A DNA stretch of 64,000 nt from an uncultured Chloroflexia bacterium (GTDB lineage Bacteria; Chloroflexota; Limnocylindria; Limnocylindrales; CSP1-4): assembly GCA_963806265.1 (NCBI GenBank), contig CAWDXT010000030.1, forward strand, positions 21,407 to 85,406, given 5' to 3'. The notes beneath the pieces were generated by a model, which had not been told where the DNA came from, did no database searches, and saw only the letters and a list, made by a program, of their open reading frames with translations. The position numbers were made by a program, and so were the translations under genes. Of the stretch, positions 8,852-19,001 are shown in pieces (the stretch's first letter is position 1; each line of letters begins with the position of its first letter).

Positions 8852-9532
8852 ATGAGCCCCGGAACCAGCTCCCCATCCCACGCTGCCCGCAAGCCCTCGA
8901 GCGCCGCTCGAGCCGGCACGGCGAGGGCGGATCGCGCGCCGCGTGGTGACGCGAGCGCAAGCCGTGGGACTGGCGGCGCGGTCGGGGCACCTGGGCCCGA
9001 GGCCGCCGATCCCGATGGCGACCCCGAGATCTCATCGTCGGCCCGCGACGCGGCGGGCGAGACCGGCGATGAGCCCGGTGATGGGACGTCCGAGGCGCTG
9101 AGGGCCTCGATCGGCGCGCTCGAGCGGATCGTGATCGGCTCCGTGGGCATCACGACCCAGGCGCTCGCACAGGCCGCGCCCGATGTCGAGCTCACGTTCT
9201 CGCAGTGGCGCGCGCTCCTGGTCCTGGCCGATCCGCCCAGCGGCTATCGGGTGGGAGAGGTGGCGGCCCGGGTCGGCGTCACGCTCCCGGCGACCAGCAG
9301 GTTGCTGCGGCGGCTCGAGCGTCGCGGGCTCGTCGCGCTGGCGCCTGACGAAGCGGACCGACGCGCGACGCGCGCCACCCTGACCGCGCATGGCGCCGAG
9401 GTCCGCGATGCGATCCTGGCCTTCCGCAGGGCCGCCCTCCGGGACATCGCGGTACAGGCTGGCACGGCTCGGCCCAGGCTCAGTGCCAGGGCGATCGACT
9501 CGTTGGCCGCGTCGTTCGAGCGGTACGGCTGA
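8852..9532 (+). CDS. MarR-family transcriptional regulator with low-complexity N-terminal extension
   Basis: LTFSQWRALLVL...VGEVAARVGVTLPATSRLLRRLERRGLV...DRRATRATLTAHG. Confidence 0.85.
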   Translation: MSPGTSSPSHAARKPSSAARAGTARADRAPRGDASASRGTGGAVGAPGPEAADPDGDPEISSSARDAAGETGDEPGDGTSEALRASIGALERIVIGSVGITTQALAQAAPDVELTFSQWRALLVLADPPSGYRVGEVAARVGVTLPATSRLLRRLERRGLVALAPDEADRRATRATLTAHGAEVRDAILAFRRAALRDIAVQAGTARPRLSARAIDSLAASFERYG

Positions 9533-11652
9533 TGGCTGTCGCGAACCCCGCCGTGGAGCACATGCTCCACGGCCTTCGTCGCCGGATCCGATCGGCCAGC
9601 TACCTGCGCAAGTGGGTCGTCCTTGGTGCGCTGATCGGGGTGATCGGCGGGCTCGGCGCGATCGCGTTCACCTGGGCGCTCAACCTGGCCACCCACCTGT
9701 TCCTGGGCGTGCTGGCGGGCTATACGCCACCGTCCCCCGCAGGCGAGGGCGGGGCCCCGATCACCGACGCCCTGTACCCCTGGCGACTCCCGTTCATCGT
9801 GGCCCTTGGCGGGCTGATCTCGGGAATCATCGTGTTTCGCTGGGCGCCCGAGGCCGAAGGCCACGGCACCGACGCCGCGATCGCCGCTTTCCACCACCAC
9901 CCGCGCGGCATCCGGGCGCGCGTGCCGTTGATCAAGCTCGTCGCGTCGGCGGTGACCATCGGCTCGGGCGGCTCGGCCGGCCGCGAGGGGCCGACCGCCC
10001 AGATCAGCGCCGGGTTCGGGTCGTTCCTCGGCCGGGTCCTGGACCTGGACTCCCGCGACGCACGGATCGCCGTGGCCGTGGGCATCGCGGCCGGCATCGG
10101 CGCGATCTTCCGGGCGCCGCTGGGTGGCGCCATCCTGGGCGCCGAGCTCCTGTACCGGGACGACGTCGAGTCGGACGCCCTCGTGCCGTCGTTCATCGGC
10201 ACGATCGTCGCGTACACGATCTTCGGCGCCGTCGACGGCTTCAACCCGATCTTCGGGACACAGGCGCGCTTTGGCTTCTCGAACCCCGCCGAGCTCGGCT
10301 GGTATGCGCTGATCGGCATCGTGTGCGGCCTCGTGGGGCTGCTGTACATCAACGGCTTCTATGGCCTCACCCACTGGTTCGGCCGGTGGCAGCAGGTCCG
10401 TGGCTGGCACGTGCCGCGCGCCGTCAAGCCGGCCATCGCCGGGTTCCTCGTCGGCTGCATCGGCCTCGTGATCCCGGGCGTGCTGGGGACCGGCTACGGG
10501 TTCGTCCAGGTCGGGCTGTCAAAGGACCTGCTCCTCGGCCTCCCGCTGTGGATGGTCCTCGCCCTGCCGTTTGCCAAGATCCTTGCCACCTCGCTCTCGA
10601 TCGGCTCCGGCGGCTCAGGCGGCATCTTCGGGCCGGGCATGGTCGTCGGCGGGCTGCTGGGCGCGGGCCTGTGGCGCCTGCTCGAGCCCGTTGCCCCGGC
10701 CGTCCCGACCGATCCCGCGCCGTTCGTGATCGTGGCCATGATGGCCCTGTTCGGCAGCGTCGCCCATGCGCCGCTGGCGGTGATGCTGATGGTGGCCGAG
10801 ATGACCGGCAACCTGTCGATGCTCGCGCCGGCCATGGTCGCCGTGGGCCTGGCCACGTTCGTCGTCGGCAACAAGTCGATCTACAGCAGCCAGCTGGCGA
10901 CCCGCGCCGACTCGCCCGCGCACCGGTTCCGATTCGCGCTGCCGCTCATGGCGGCGGTTCCGGTGGGCGACGCGGCCAGGTCGGCCCGCGTGGTCGTCCG
11001 TGCCGGCGAGCCGGTCGGCGTCGCTCGCGACCAGATGACGGGCGCGAACGTGCCCGGCGCGCCGGTCATCGCCAGGGACGGGACGGTGGCGGGCGTGATC
11101 GATCTCGATGCCCTTCGCGGCCTCGAGCCCGACGAGCCGATCCCGGGCAAGCTCGTGGTGCGGCAGCCGATCCTTGCGGCCGACGACGGTCTTGACGATG
11201 CGCTCGGCGCGCTGTCGGACCACCACCGGGACTGGGCACCCGTGACCTCCGGGGGCAGGCTGACCGGCGTGCTGTCGGTGCGCGATGCGATCACCGCCTA
11301 TCGGTCGGCCCTTCACGGCAACGTGCGCCAGGTCCGGGGGCTGCGTGCCGACGGCGTGATCGTCGAGACCGAGATCAGCACGGGCTCGCCGCTGGCCGGG
11401 CTGCGCGTGGCAGGCGTTCCCTGGCCGCGCGACGTCGTGCTGGTCGCGGTCGAGCGCAACGACAGCGTGCTCGTGCCGCGCGGCGACCTCGAGATCGAGG
11501 TCGGCGACCGGTTGTCGATCTTCGCCAACCCGAGCGCCCGACCCGCGCTGGCGACGCTCCTTCACGGGGACGTGGAGGACACCTCGCCCGGTTACGATGA
11601 CGAGAACGATGTCGTGGACGACCTCGGTGCGGCCCTGACCGAGGTCGACTGA
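9532..11652 (+). CDS. ClC-family chloride channel/transporter with CBS pair and C-terminal TrkA-C (RCK_C) domain
   Basis: GHGTD, GSAGREGP, FRAPLGGA, GGIFGP and SIY motifs; CBS-like repeats; VVLVAVERNDSVLVPRGDLEIEVGDRL RCK_C tail. Confidence 0.85.
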   Translation: MAVANPAVEHMLHGLRRRIRSASYLRKWVVLGALIGVIGGLGAIAFTWALNLATHLFLGVLAGYTPPSPAGEGGAPITDALYPWRLPFIVALGGLISGIIVFRWAPEAEGHGTDAAIAAFHHHPRGIRARVPLIKLVASAVTIGSGGSAGREGPTAQISAGFGSFLGRVLDLDSRDARIAVAVGIAAGIGAIFRAPLGGAILGAELLYRDDVESDALVPSFIGTIVAYTIFGAVDGFNPIFGTQARFGFSNPAELGWYALIGIVCGLVGLLYINGFYGLTHWFGRWQQVRGWHVPRAVKPAIAGFLVGCIGLVIPGVLGTGYGFVQVGLSKDLLLGLPLWMVLALPFAKILATSLSIGSGGSGGIFGPGMVVGGLLGAGLWRLLEPVAPAVPTDPAPFVIVAMMALFGSVAHAPLAVMLMVAEMTGNLSMLAPAMVAVGLATFVVGNKSIYSSQLATRADSPAHRFRFALPLMAAVPVGDAARSARVVVRAGEPVGVARDQMTGANVPGAPVIARDGTVAGVIDLDALRGLEPDEPIPGKLVVRQPILAADDGLDDALGALSDHHRDWAPVTSGGRLTGVLSVRDAITAYRSALHGNVRQVRGLRADGVIVETEISTGSPLAGLRVAGVPWPRDVVLVAVERNDSVLVPRGDLEIEVGDRLSIFANPSARPALATLLHGDVEDTSPGYDDENDVVDDLGAALTEVD

Positions 11653-11819
11653 GGCCGGTCCGGTGGATCGGCCCGTGGGCGCCCGGCGAACGACGGCGAA
11701 CGACCGACAGGTGGCGCGCGCGACGCTCGCTGCTGGGGTCGCGCTCGAGGAGCTGATGCAGGCGCCCGTGATGGCGCGAACGTGCTCACCCGGCGATCGG
11801 GCTCACCTGGCGATCGGGC

Positions 11820-12362
11820 TCAGCGAGCGGCCACGGGGCTGAGCGCGTCGGCGATCCGGCGTGCCCAGGCGTCGATCTCGGGCCAGTCCCGAAAGTCGCC
11901 CTCGGGCAACGTGTCGGACGAGGCCGGCAGCATCGTCATGACCCGCTCGGCGAGGCCGATCGGCTTGCGATCGTGCGTGTAGGCGCCAAAGAACACCCGG
12001 TACTCGCGGGCGTTGACCAGCTCGGCAAGCTCGGGCAGCTCGCGGGGGATGGCGGCCGTCTTCTGGTCCTGCCCCTTCTCGTTCGTGGGCTCCGTGCCCA
12101 ACGGGCCGCTGCTGAACAGCCACACGGGCATGGCCTCGAGCGCCGCCCGATGGTGACGCACGAAGGACGCCGCCTCCTTGAGCCAGTGGAACATGTAGGC
12201 GGCGGCGCCGATGACGCAGGCGTCGTAGCCGTCGAGGTCTCGCACGCTCTCGACCGATCGGGCGCGCGCGTCGACGCCCGCGTCGCGAAGCGTCTCGGCG
12301 ATCCGCTCCGCGATCCCCTGGGTGGCGCCGTGGCGGCTCGCGTAGGCGACCAGGACGTTCAT
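11820..12362 (-). CDS. Flavodoxin-domain protein, HemG-like (menaquinone-dependent protoporphyrinogen oxidase family)
   Basis: MNVLVAYASRHGATQGIAERIA, VIGAAAYMFHW, VWLFSSGP, GDFRDWPEIDAWA. Confidence 0.75.
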   Translation of the reverse strand: MNVLVAYASRHGATQGIAERIAETLRDAGVDARARSVESVRDLDGYDACVIGAAAYMFHWLKEAASFVRHHRAALEAMPVWLFSSGPLGTEPTNEKGQDQKTAAIPRELPELAELVNAREYRVFFGAYTHDRKPIGLAERVMTMLPASSDTLPEGDFRDWPEIDAWARRIADALSPVAAR

Positions 12363-12717
12363 GTCGATCCTCCCGTCGATGCCGGTCGTCGCTCGATCGC
12401 CCTGATCGGGCGGCGTCCCGGGAGAGCGCCCGGGTGGCATCCACGCGACATGGTCAACGGCACGAGGGGCGCCCGGAAGGGCCGCCGTGCCCGCAATCGA
12501 GGGGGCTCGCGGACCGATCGCGCAACAGGCGTCGCCGGCGTATGGCAGCCCATTCGCCGGCCCTTGGCAGCCCATTTCGCCGGCCATCGCAGCCGGTCGC
12601 CGAGGCACCCGTCGATGTCGTCATCCCATCGATCCCGGACCCACACTGTCATCAAGATTTCGGAATCGATCACCGAGCGATAACCCGGTCATAACCATCG
12701 CTTTTCATGATGGCCGC

Positions 12718-13158
12718 ATGGTGACGATGGTTGCTCCGCCCGCCGATTGGACAAACGGTCAGGGTGGCTCGAACCCGGGGGAGCCAACGGCCGCCCGCCT
12801 GGCGTCCGCCCTGCGTTCGCTCGTGGCGCGCGACGACGAGCTCCCGCCGGTCTGGAGGTCGGCGGCGTTCGCCGACGGGGTCGATGCGATCCGCACCTCG
12901 CTCTCCGAGGCGCACACGCGGTCGGCGATCGATCGAGCCGCGACCGTGCTGCTCGAGGCTGCGACACGATCCGGCTGGTCGTTTCCCATCGCTGCGCAGC
13001 GGCTGGCGCGTGACCCGGCCGCCGTCGCGATCGCGATCCGCTGGCTCGAGGTCGACGGCCGGCGGGCGCTTCCGGCGTGGCCGGACGTGGTTCGGCGCCA
13101 CGCGCTGGAGCCCGCAGGCAGTCTCGTCACGCCCGAAGCCGAGCTCTGGTTCGGCTGA
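12718..13158 (+). CDS. Hypothetical protein
   Basis: 3' part of ORF 12487..13158; plausible ATG 12718 after an AT-richer promoter-like stretch; no recognisable motif. Confidence 0.45.
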   Translation: MVTMVAPPADWTNGQGGSNPGEPTAARLASALRSLVARDDELPPVWRSAAFADGVDAIRTSLSEAHTRSAIDRAATVLLEAATRSGWSFPIAAQRLARDPAAVAIAIRWLEVDGRRALPAWPDVVRRHALEPAGSLVTPEAELWFG

Positions 13159-13345
13159 TCTCCCGGGCCGGCCCGCCCACCAGTCGGTCTCCCCGGGTGT
13201 GCCGCGCATCAGGTGATCTCGCGGGTGTCCGGCGCATCGGCTGATCTGCCGGGCACCCCCGAACCGGCCGACGACCCATCCCGAGCCTGCGTCCCCGCCG
13301 TTCGACGGCCGAACGCGTGCGTGGGCCGCCGGTAGCATGGCGGGC

Positions 13346-14455
13346 ATGGACGTGCTCACCGGGGTCCGCTTCGTCATCGGGCTGGTCCTCCTGGTCGTGG
13401 GAGCCGAGCTCCTCGTTCGCGGCGCCAGCCGGTTTGCGTCCGCCCTCGGGATCAGCCCGCTGGTGGTGGGTCTCACCGTCGTGGCGTTTGGGACCAGCGC
13501 GCCGGAGCTCGCGGTGGGCGTGTCGTCCGCGCTCGCCGGTGAGCCGGACATCGCGCTCGGCAACGTCGTCGGCAGCAACATCGCCAACGTCCTGCTGGTG
13601 CTCGGCCTCGCGTCGCTCGTCGCCCCCGTGGTTGCCGGGCTGCGTGTCGTCCGCCGCGAGGTGCCGCTGATGATCGTGGCCTCGGGCGCCCTGTGGCTGA
13701 TGGCGATCGGCGGTCAGATCGACCGCCTCGAGGGGGCCCTCCTGTTCGCGGGGATCCTCGCCTACACGGCGTTCCTGGTCCGCTCCACCCGTCGCGAATC
13801 CGCCCAGGTCCGCTCCGAGTTCGCGGCCGAGTACGAGGTGCCGCTGGGCGGCGCCCGCATCGTCGCCTGGAACCTGGTGCTCGCCGTGGCGGGTCTCGGG
13901 CTGCTGCTCCTGGGCGCCGACTGGATCGTGCGTGGCGCGGCCTCGATGGCGGCCGCCATGGGCATTCCCGAGGTCGTCGTGGGGCTGACGATCGTCGCGG
14001 TCGGGACCTCGCTCCCGGAGATCGCAACGTCCGTCCTGGCCGGGGTGCGTGGTCACCGCGACATCGCGGTCGGCAACGTCGTGGGCAGCTGCCTGTTCAA
14101 CATCCTGATGGTGCTCGGTGCGACGGCGCTGGTCGCCCCGCAGCCGCTCGTCGTGGCGCCCAGCCTGCTGGCGGTGGACGTGCCCCTGATGTTCGCGGCT
14201 GCCCTCGCCTGCCTGCCGATCCTGTACACGCGCCTGCGCGTTGACCGCTGGGAGGGTGTGCTGCTGCTCGGCTTCTACGTCGCGTACCTGGTGTACCTGG
14301 GGCTGGTGTCGTTCGACGAACCGGTCGCCAACACGTTCGGCCAGGTGCTCATCCTGGGTGCGGTGCCGGTGGCCGGCGTGGGGCTCGGCTGGGTGGCATA
14401 TCGCGAGTGGTCCCGAACGCGGGCCGATGGCGGATCGCTGCGGGCCGAGGGCTGA
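13346..14455 (+). CDS. Calcium/sodium antiporter (YrbG, CaCA family)
   Basis: Two alpha-repeats, GLTVVAFGTSAPELAV...GNVVGSNIAN and GLTIVAVGTSLPEIA...GNVVGSCLFN; ATG 13337 or 13346. Confidence 0.9.
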   Translation: MDVLTGVRFVIGLVLLVVGAELLVRGASRFASALGISPLVVGLTVVAFGTSAPELAVGVSSALAGEPDIALGNVVGSNIANVLLVLGLASLVAPVVAGLRVVRREVPLMIVASGALWLMAIGGQIDRLEGALLFAGILAYTAFLVRSTRRESAQVRSEFAAEYEVPLGGARIVAWNLVLAVAGLGLLLLGADWIVRGAASMAAAMGIPEVVVGLTIVAVGTSLPEIATSVLAGVRGHRDIAVGNVVGSCLFNILMVLGATALVAPQPLVVAPSLLAVDVPLMFAAALACLPILYTRLRVDRWEGVLLLGFYVAYLVYLGLVSFDEPVANTFGQVLILGAVPVAGVGLGWVAYREWSRTRADGGSLRAEG

Positions 14456-14468
14456 CGCCGTGCCGGGA

Positions 14469-15002
14469 TTGAGCACGTCGGCAGCGATCGCACCGGCCCC
14501 GCGGGTCATCCTGGTCATGGGCGTGTCCGCGTCGGGCAAGTCGACCGTGGGCAGGTTGCTCGCCACCGCGCTGGGGGGCTCGTTCATCGAGGGCGACGAC
14601 TATCACTCGGACGCGGAGATCGCCCGCATGCGGAGCGGCACGCCGCTCGACGACGCCGCACGATGGCCCTGGCTTCGGCGCCTCCGTGGCGCCATCGACG
14701 GCGCACTGTCGGTCGCTCCGGGCGAGGGCCCCGTCGTTGTCGCCTGCTCGGCGCTGAAGGCGTCCTATCGATCGGTGCTGCTCGACGGGCTCGAGCGCAG
14801 CGTGGTCGTCCTCCTCGACGTCGATCGAGCCACGCTCGACGCGCGGCTTCGTCACCGGCCGGAGCACTTCATGCCCCCCGAGCTGCTGGCCAGCCAGCTG
14901 GCCGACCTCGAGCCGCCGAGGGATGCGATCCGGGTGGATGGGACCAGCGGTCCGGCTGCCGCCGTGGCGGCCATCGTGCGGGCAATCGGCGACCGCTCGT
15001 GA
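14469..15002 (+). CDS. Gluconokinase (GntK/IdnK family)
   Basis: VMGVSASGKST P-loop, EGDDYH, PLDDAARWPW, VACSALKASYR, HFMPPELLASQL. Confidence 0.85.
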   Translation: MSTSAAIAPAPRVILVMGVSASGKSTVGRLLATALGGSFIEGDDYHSDAEIARMRSGTPLDDAARWPWLRRLRGAIDGALSVAPGEGPVVVACSALKASYRSVLLDGLERSVVVLLDVDRATLDARLRHRPEHFMPPELLASQLADLEPPRDAIRVDGTSGPAAAVAAIVRAIGDRS

Positions 15003-15772
15003 GCCCTCCCCCGGGGATCGACCCGGCGACGGTCCTCGTGCTCCTGGTTACGGGCTTCCTCGGCGGCGTGGTGAGCGTGCTCGTGAGCCTGGCCTCGCTG
15101 GTGACCTACCCGGTCCTGCTCGCCCTGGGGTTGCCGCCGGTGAGCGCCAACGTGACCAACACCGTCGCCCTGACGGCCAACAGCCTCGGAGCGATGGTGG
15201 GGGCGCGGCCGGAGCTGCACGGACAGCGGCCCACCCTCCTGCGGCTCGCCGTCGTCGCTGCGGCCGGCGGAGCGACCGGCGCCGTCCTGCTGCTGGTGCT
15301 GCCCGACCGCACGTTCGAGCTCGTGGCGCCGTTGCTGATCGGTGGCGCCTCGATGCTGATCCTCATCCAGCCCTGGCTGCAGGCACATGCTCGATTTCGG
15401 CCGCGGGGGATCACGCCCGCGACGGCCGCCGCCTACTTCGCCACCGCCATCTACATCGGGTACTTCGGGGCGGCAGGTGGCGTGCTGGCGCTCGTCTCGC
15501 TGGGGGCGATCATCGACCGGCCGCTGACCCATGTGAACGCGGCAAAGGCCGTGCTTGCCGGCGCCGCCAACGGCGCGGCCGCCATCGGGTTCACGCTCTT
15601 CGGCCCCGTCCGCTGGGTGATGGTCCTGCCGCTGGCGGCGGGACTGTTCGTCGGCGGGCTCGTGGGTCCGGCGATCGCCCGGCGGCTGCCCGCATCGGTG
15701 TTCCGGCTCCTGATCGCGGTCTGCGGCCTGGGCGTGGCGGTGCTGCTCGGGATCCGGACCTACGCCGGCTGA
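14999..15772 (+). CDS. Sulfite exporter TauE/SafE-family membrane protein
   Basis: LPPVSANVTNTVAL, YIGYFGAAGG; about 8 TM; GTG overlaps the gluconokinase TGA. Confidence 0.8.
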   Translation: MSPPPGIDPATVLVLLVTGFLGGVVSVLVSLASLVTYPVLLALGLPPVSANVTNTVALTANSLGAMVGARPELHGQRPTLLRLAVVAAAGGATGAVLLLVLPDRTFELVAPLLIGGASMLILIQPWLQAHARFRPRGITPATAAAYFATAIYIGYFGAAGGVLALVSLGAIIDRPLTHVNAAKAVLAGAANGAAAIGFTLFGPVRWVMVLPLAAGLFVGGLVGPAIARRLPASVFRLLIAVCGLGVAVLLGIRTYAG

Positions 15773-16206
15773 GACGGTGCCCGCTGAAACGGACCCAGGT
15801 GCTCGTCGCCCTCGCTGAAGGCACCGCCGATCACGGTTGCGCGGAGGCGGACCGGGTCCCCCGACCAGCATGCGAGGTCCGCGCGGGCCCCGGGCTCCAG
15901 CCATGCCGTCGGGGACAGCAGCCCGGCATCGCAGAGCGCCGCGACGAGCCGTCCCGGGTCGCCTGCCGGGATGCCACGTGCTTCCAGGGCGCGCAGCGCG
16001 CGTGCCGGGTCATCGGGGAGCGGCGTCACCGCGCAGCCGGCAAGGTCAAGGAAGATCGAGTCGCCGCGGGAGATCGCGCGCACGACGGCATCCCTGCCGA
16101 CCGCCAGGACGCGGTCTGCGGCCCACGCGATGGCCGTCGCCGGCTCGCCATCCGTCGCGTCCGTGGCGATGAGCCCGCCCAGGCCGATCACGTACTCGTG
16201 GGTCAT
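15760..16206 (-). CDS. Short protein made of amidohydrolase-3-like N- and C-terminal beta-sandwich strands without the catalytic barrel
   Basis: ATAIAWAADRVLAVG...LDLAGCAVTP joined after about 40 aa to LEPGARADLACWSGDP...ATVIGG. Confidence 0.55.
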   Translation of the reverse strand: MTHEYVIGLGGLIATDATDGEPATAIAWAADRVLAVGRDAVVRAISRGDSIFLDLAGCAVTPLPDDPARALRALEARGIPAGDPGRLVAALCDAGLLSPTAWLEPGARADLACWSGDPVRLRATVIGGAFSEGDEHLGPFQRAPSQPA

Positions 16207-16271
16207 GCGAACCATCGTAGGTCCACGGCGACGCCCCCCGCACGGGACGCCGATGACCTAGGATCGGGCGC

Positions 16272-16931
16272 ATGGTGGATCAGCCGCTGCGGGTCGTCAT
16301 CGCCGAGGACTCGGCTCTCATCCGCGAGGGTCTCGCGAGGTTGATCTCGGAGTCCGGAGGGGAGGTCGTCGCCAAGGTCGGCGACGGGCCGTCGCTGGTC
16401 GAGGCCGTGGTGGCGCATCGCCCGGACGTCTCGGTGGTCGACGTGCGGATGCCGCCCAGCCAACGAGACGAGGGGCTGCGGGCGGCGATCGAGGCCCGGC
16501 ATCGCGTTCCGGGCGCGCCGATGCTCGTGCTCAGCCAGTACGTGGAGCGCCAGTACGCCACCGAGCTCCTTGCCGATCGCGGGGGCGGGGTGGGCTACCT
16601 GCTCAAGGACCGGGTCGCCGACGTGCGCGAGTTCATGGATGCGCTCCGCCGGGTCGCGCGCGGCGGGACCGCGCTGGATCCCGAGGTGGTCGCGCAGCTC
16701 ATGGTGCCGCGCGATGCCGACGACCGGCTCCATTCGCTCACGCCACGTGAGCGCGAGGTCCTGGCAGCCATGGCAGAGGGGCGAACCAACATGGGGATCG
16801 CGACGTTGCTGGGCATCAGCGAGGGCGCGACCGAGAAGCACATCAGCAACATCTTCGGCAAGCTCGAGCTGCCCGACTCGCAGATCGATCACCGCCGCGT
16901 GCTGGCGGTCCTGACCTACCTCGGCTCCTGA
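16272..16931 (+). CDS. NarL-family response regulator (canonical receiver plus HTH)
   Basis: VVIAEDS, VVDVRMPP, VLSQY, YLLKDRV, LTPREREVL...TEKHISNIFGKL. Confidence 0.9.
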   Translation: MVDQPLRVVIAEDSALIREGLARLISESGGEVVAKVGDGPSLVEAVVAHRPDVSVVDVRMPPSQRDEGLRAAIEARHRVPGAPMLVLSQYVERQYATELLADRGGGVGYLLKDRVADVREFMDALRRVARGGTALDPEVVAQLMVPRDADDRLHSLTPREREVLAAMAEGRTNMGIATLLGISEGATEKHISNIFGKLELPDSQIDHRRVLAVLTYLGS

Positions 16932-18405
16932 CCCGGCGGGCGCCAGCCGCGGATCCCGTCGCCGGCTGCAGGGGCCTCCGGAGCCTGGGGCGCGTCGCCA
17001 GGGCCGGCCGCAGCGAAGGGCGTGGCGGTTGGCAGCGCCATGGCGTCGGGCACGGGGATCTCGGCGCGGATGATGGTCGGGCCGCCGTCCGGGCTGTCGA
17101 TCTCGAGCCGGCCATCGAGGGCCTCCACGCGCCCGGCCAGGCCGGCCAGGCCGCCGGTCGGCGACGGTCGCGCGCCACCGGCACCGTCGTCCCGGATCTC
17201 CACGACGAGCCGGCCCGGATCGCGACGGCAGCGGATCTCGCAGCGGGTCGCCCGCGCGTGCTTGGCGACGTTGGCGAGGGCCTCCGCGACGACGAAGTAC
17301 GCGGCGCGCTCGACCGCGTCCGGCAGTCGCTCGGCGCCGGACATCGAGCTCAGGACGATCGTCGAGACGGGACTCTGTGCCGCGAGCGAGCTCAGCGCCG
17401 GGACGAGCCCCCGGTCGAGCAGGATCGCGGGTGCGATCCCGCGGACGAGGTTGCGCAGGTCGGCCAGCGTCTGGCGCGCCTGGCCCTGGGCCTCGAGCAC
17501 GAGCGCGCGGGCCGCCGCCGGATCCGTCTCGATCCGTTCCGCAGCGAGGCCGAGGTCCATGGTCAGCACCACCAGCCGCTGCTGCGCGCCGTCGTGGAGG
17601 TCGCGCTCGATCCGTCGCAGCTCGCTCGCCTCGACGTCGAGAACGGCCCGACGGCTGCCCTCGAGCGTCTGGACACGCCGTTGGAGCCGGCTGGTCTCGT
17701 TCTCGCACAGCAGCCCGGCGACCACGGCCCGGTGGAGCGCGAGCAGACCACGCGAGGCGCGAGGCCGCGACCATCGCCAGGGCAATGCCGGCCAGGACGG
17801 CCCCGATGGCAAGCGCCGTGCCGGCCGTCACGGACAGGTCGCTGCCCGGCAGCGCGAGGGTGGAGCCGGGCAGACCGGTCACGACCCAGGCCAGGGGGAG
17901 CGCCGAGCAGCCCGATCGCCAGCGCCCACAGGAGCATGGACGCCATGAGCTCGAGGACCGTGAGCGGGAACGCGATGAACACGTAGATGACGTCCCGCCA
18001 GCGATTGACGTCGAGGAAGACGGCCATCAGCAGGTCGCGCAGGCCCGAGCCGTAGGGCCGGTAGGCGTGTGCCGCCAGCGGGCGCGGGTCGGCGAGCGAG
18101 ACCCGCCATCGCTCCGCCCGGGCGACCAGGCGGCTGGCCTCGATGCCGAGGCCCAGCAGCAGGAACCCGATCCCCACCACCAGCAGCGACCCGCCGGTGG
18201 AGAAGATCGTGACCACGGTCGTGAACCCGACCAGCTCCACGCCGAAGCCGAGGATGATCGAGCCCGTCGCCCGCCACGCGGCGGGCGTGAGCGGCGACAG
18301 CAGAAAGCCCGCGACCGCTCCCCATCGCCGTGCCTCGATCCGTCCGCCCAGGAGGGCAGTCAGGACCAGGAGCAGGCCGAGGATGAGGAGCGGTCCGCCG
18401 ATCAT
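16916..18405 (-). CDS. Membrane sensor histidine kinase (HisKA_3) with N-terminal 'sensor' TM domain; indels near 17880 and 17760
   Basis: ELRRIERDLHDGAQQRL H-box, EALANVAKHA, EIRDDGAGGA, GGLAGLAGRV; convergent with the response regulator. Confidence 0.85.
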
Positions 18406-18418
18406 CGCTGCTTCGCCG

Positions 18419-19001
18419 TCAGGACTCGCCGACCGGCCGGCGCATGGCCGCGACGATCAGGGCGACACCGAGGCGCGAGGACGAACGCGGGGCCCAGCCC
18501 GATCGTCGTCCAGGCCGGGATCAGCGTGCCGAGGAGCGCGATCGACCCGAACACCACCAGGAGCACGCCAAGGGCGAACCCCGTCCGGCCATTGCCACGG
18601 CCCGGCGTCGAGTCGTGCCGGTGCGCGGTCCACGCGCTCGCCTGCCAGGCCGCGTTGGCGTCCCAGCCCGTCGGCGGCGTCCAGCCCGGGATGCCGCCGG
18701 CCGGGCCCTGCGCCGCGCCGGCATCCGCGGTCGCGCCAGCCTCGCCGGTCGCAGCGGCCCCTCCGGCCGTGCCCGCGGGCATCCCTGCGTACCCCGGCAT
18801 GCCGGGCATCGGCAGGGGCTCGGGCGGCATCACGAACGCGAGCAGGATGTAGAGCAGGATCGTGAGACCGCCCAGGAAGGCGGACAGGATCCACAGCACC
18901 CGGACGACCGTCGGGTCGATCTCGAAGTACTCGGCCATGCCACCCGCGACACCGGCAAGCCAGCGGTCGTGGCGACATCGATACAGACGACGGGTGTTCA
19001 C
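18419..19001 (-). CDS. pspC: PspC-domain membrane protein; indel near 18475
   Basis: RRLYRCRHDRWLAGVAGGMAEYFEIDPTVVRVLW...YILLAFVMP; C-terminal TM pair. Confidence 0.85.
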
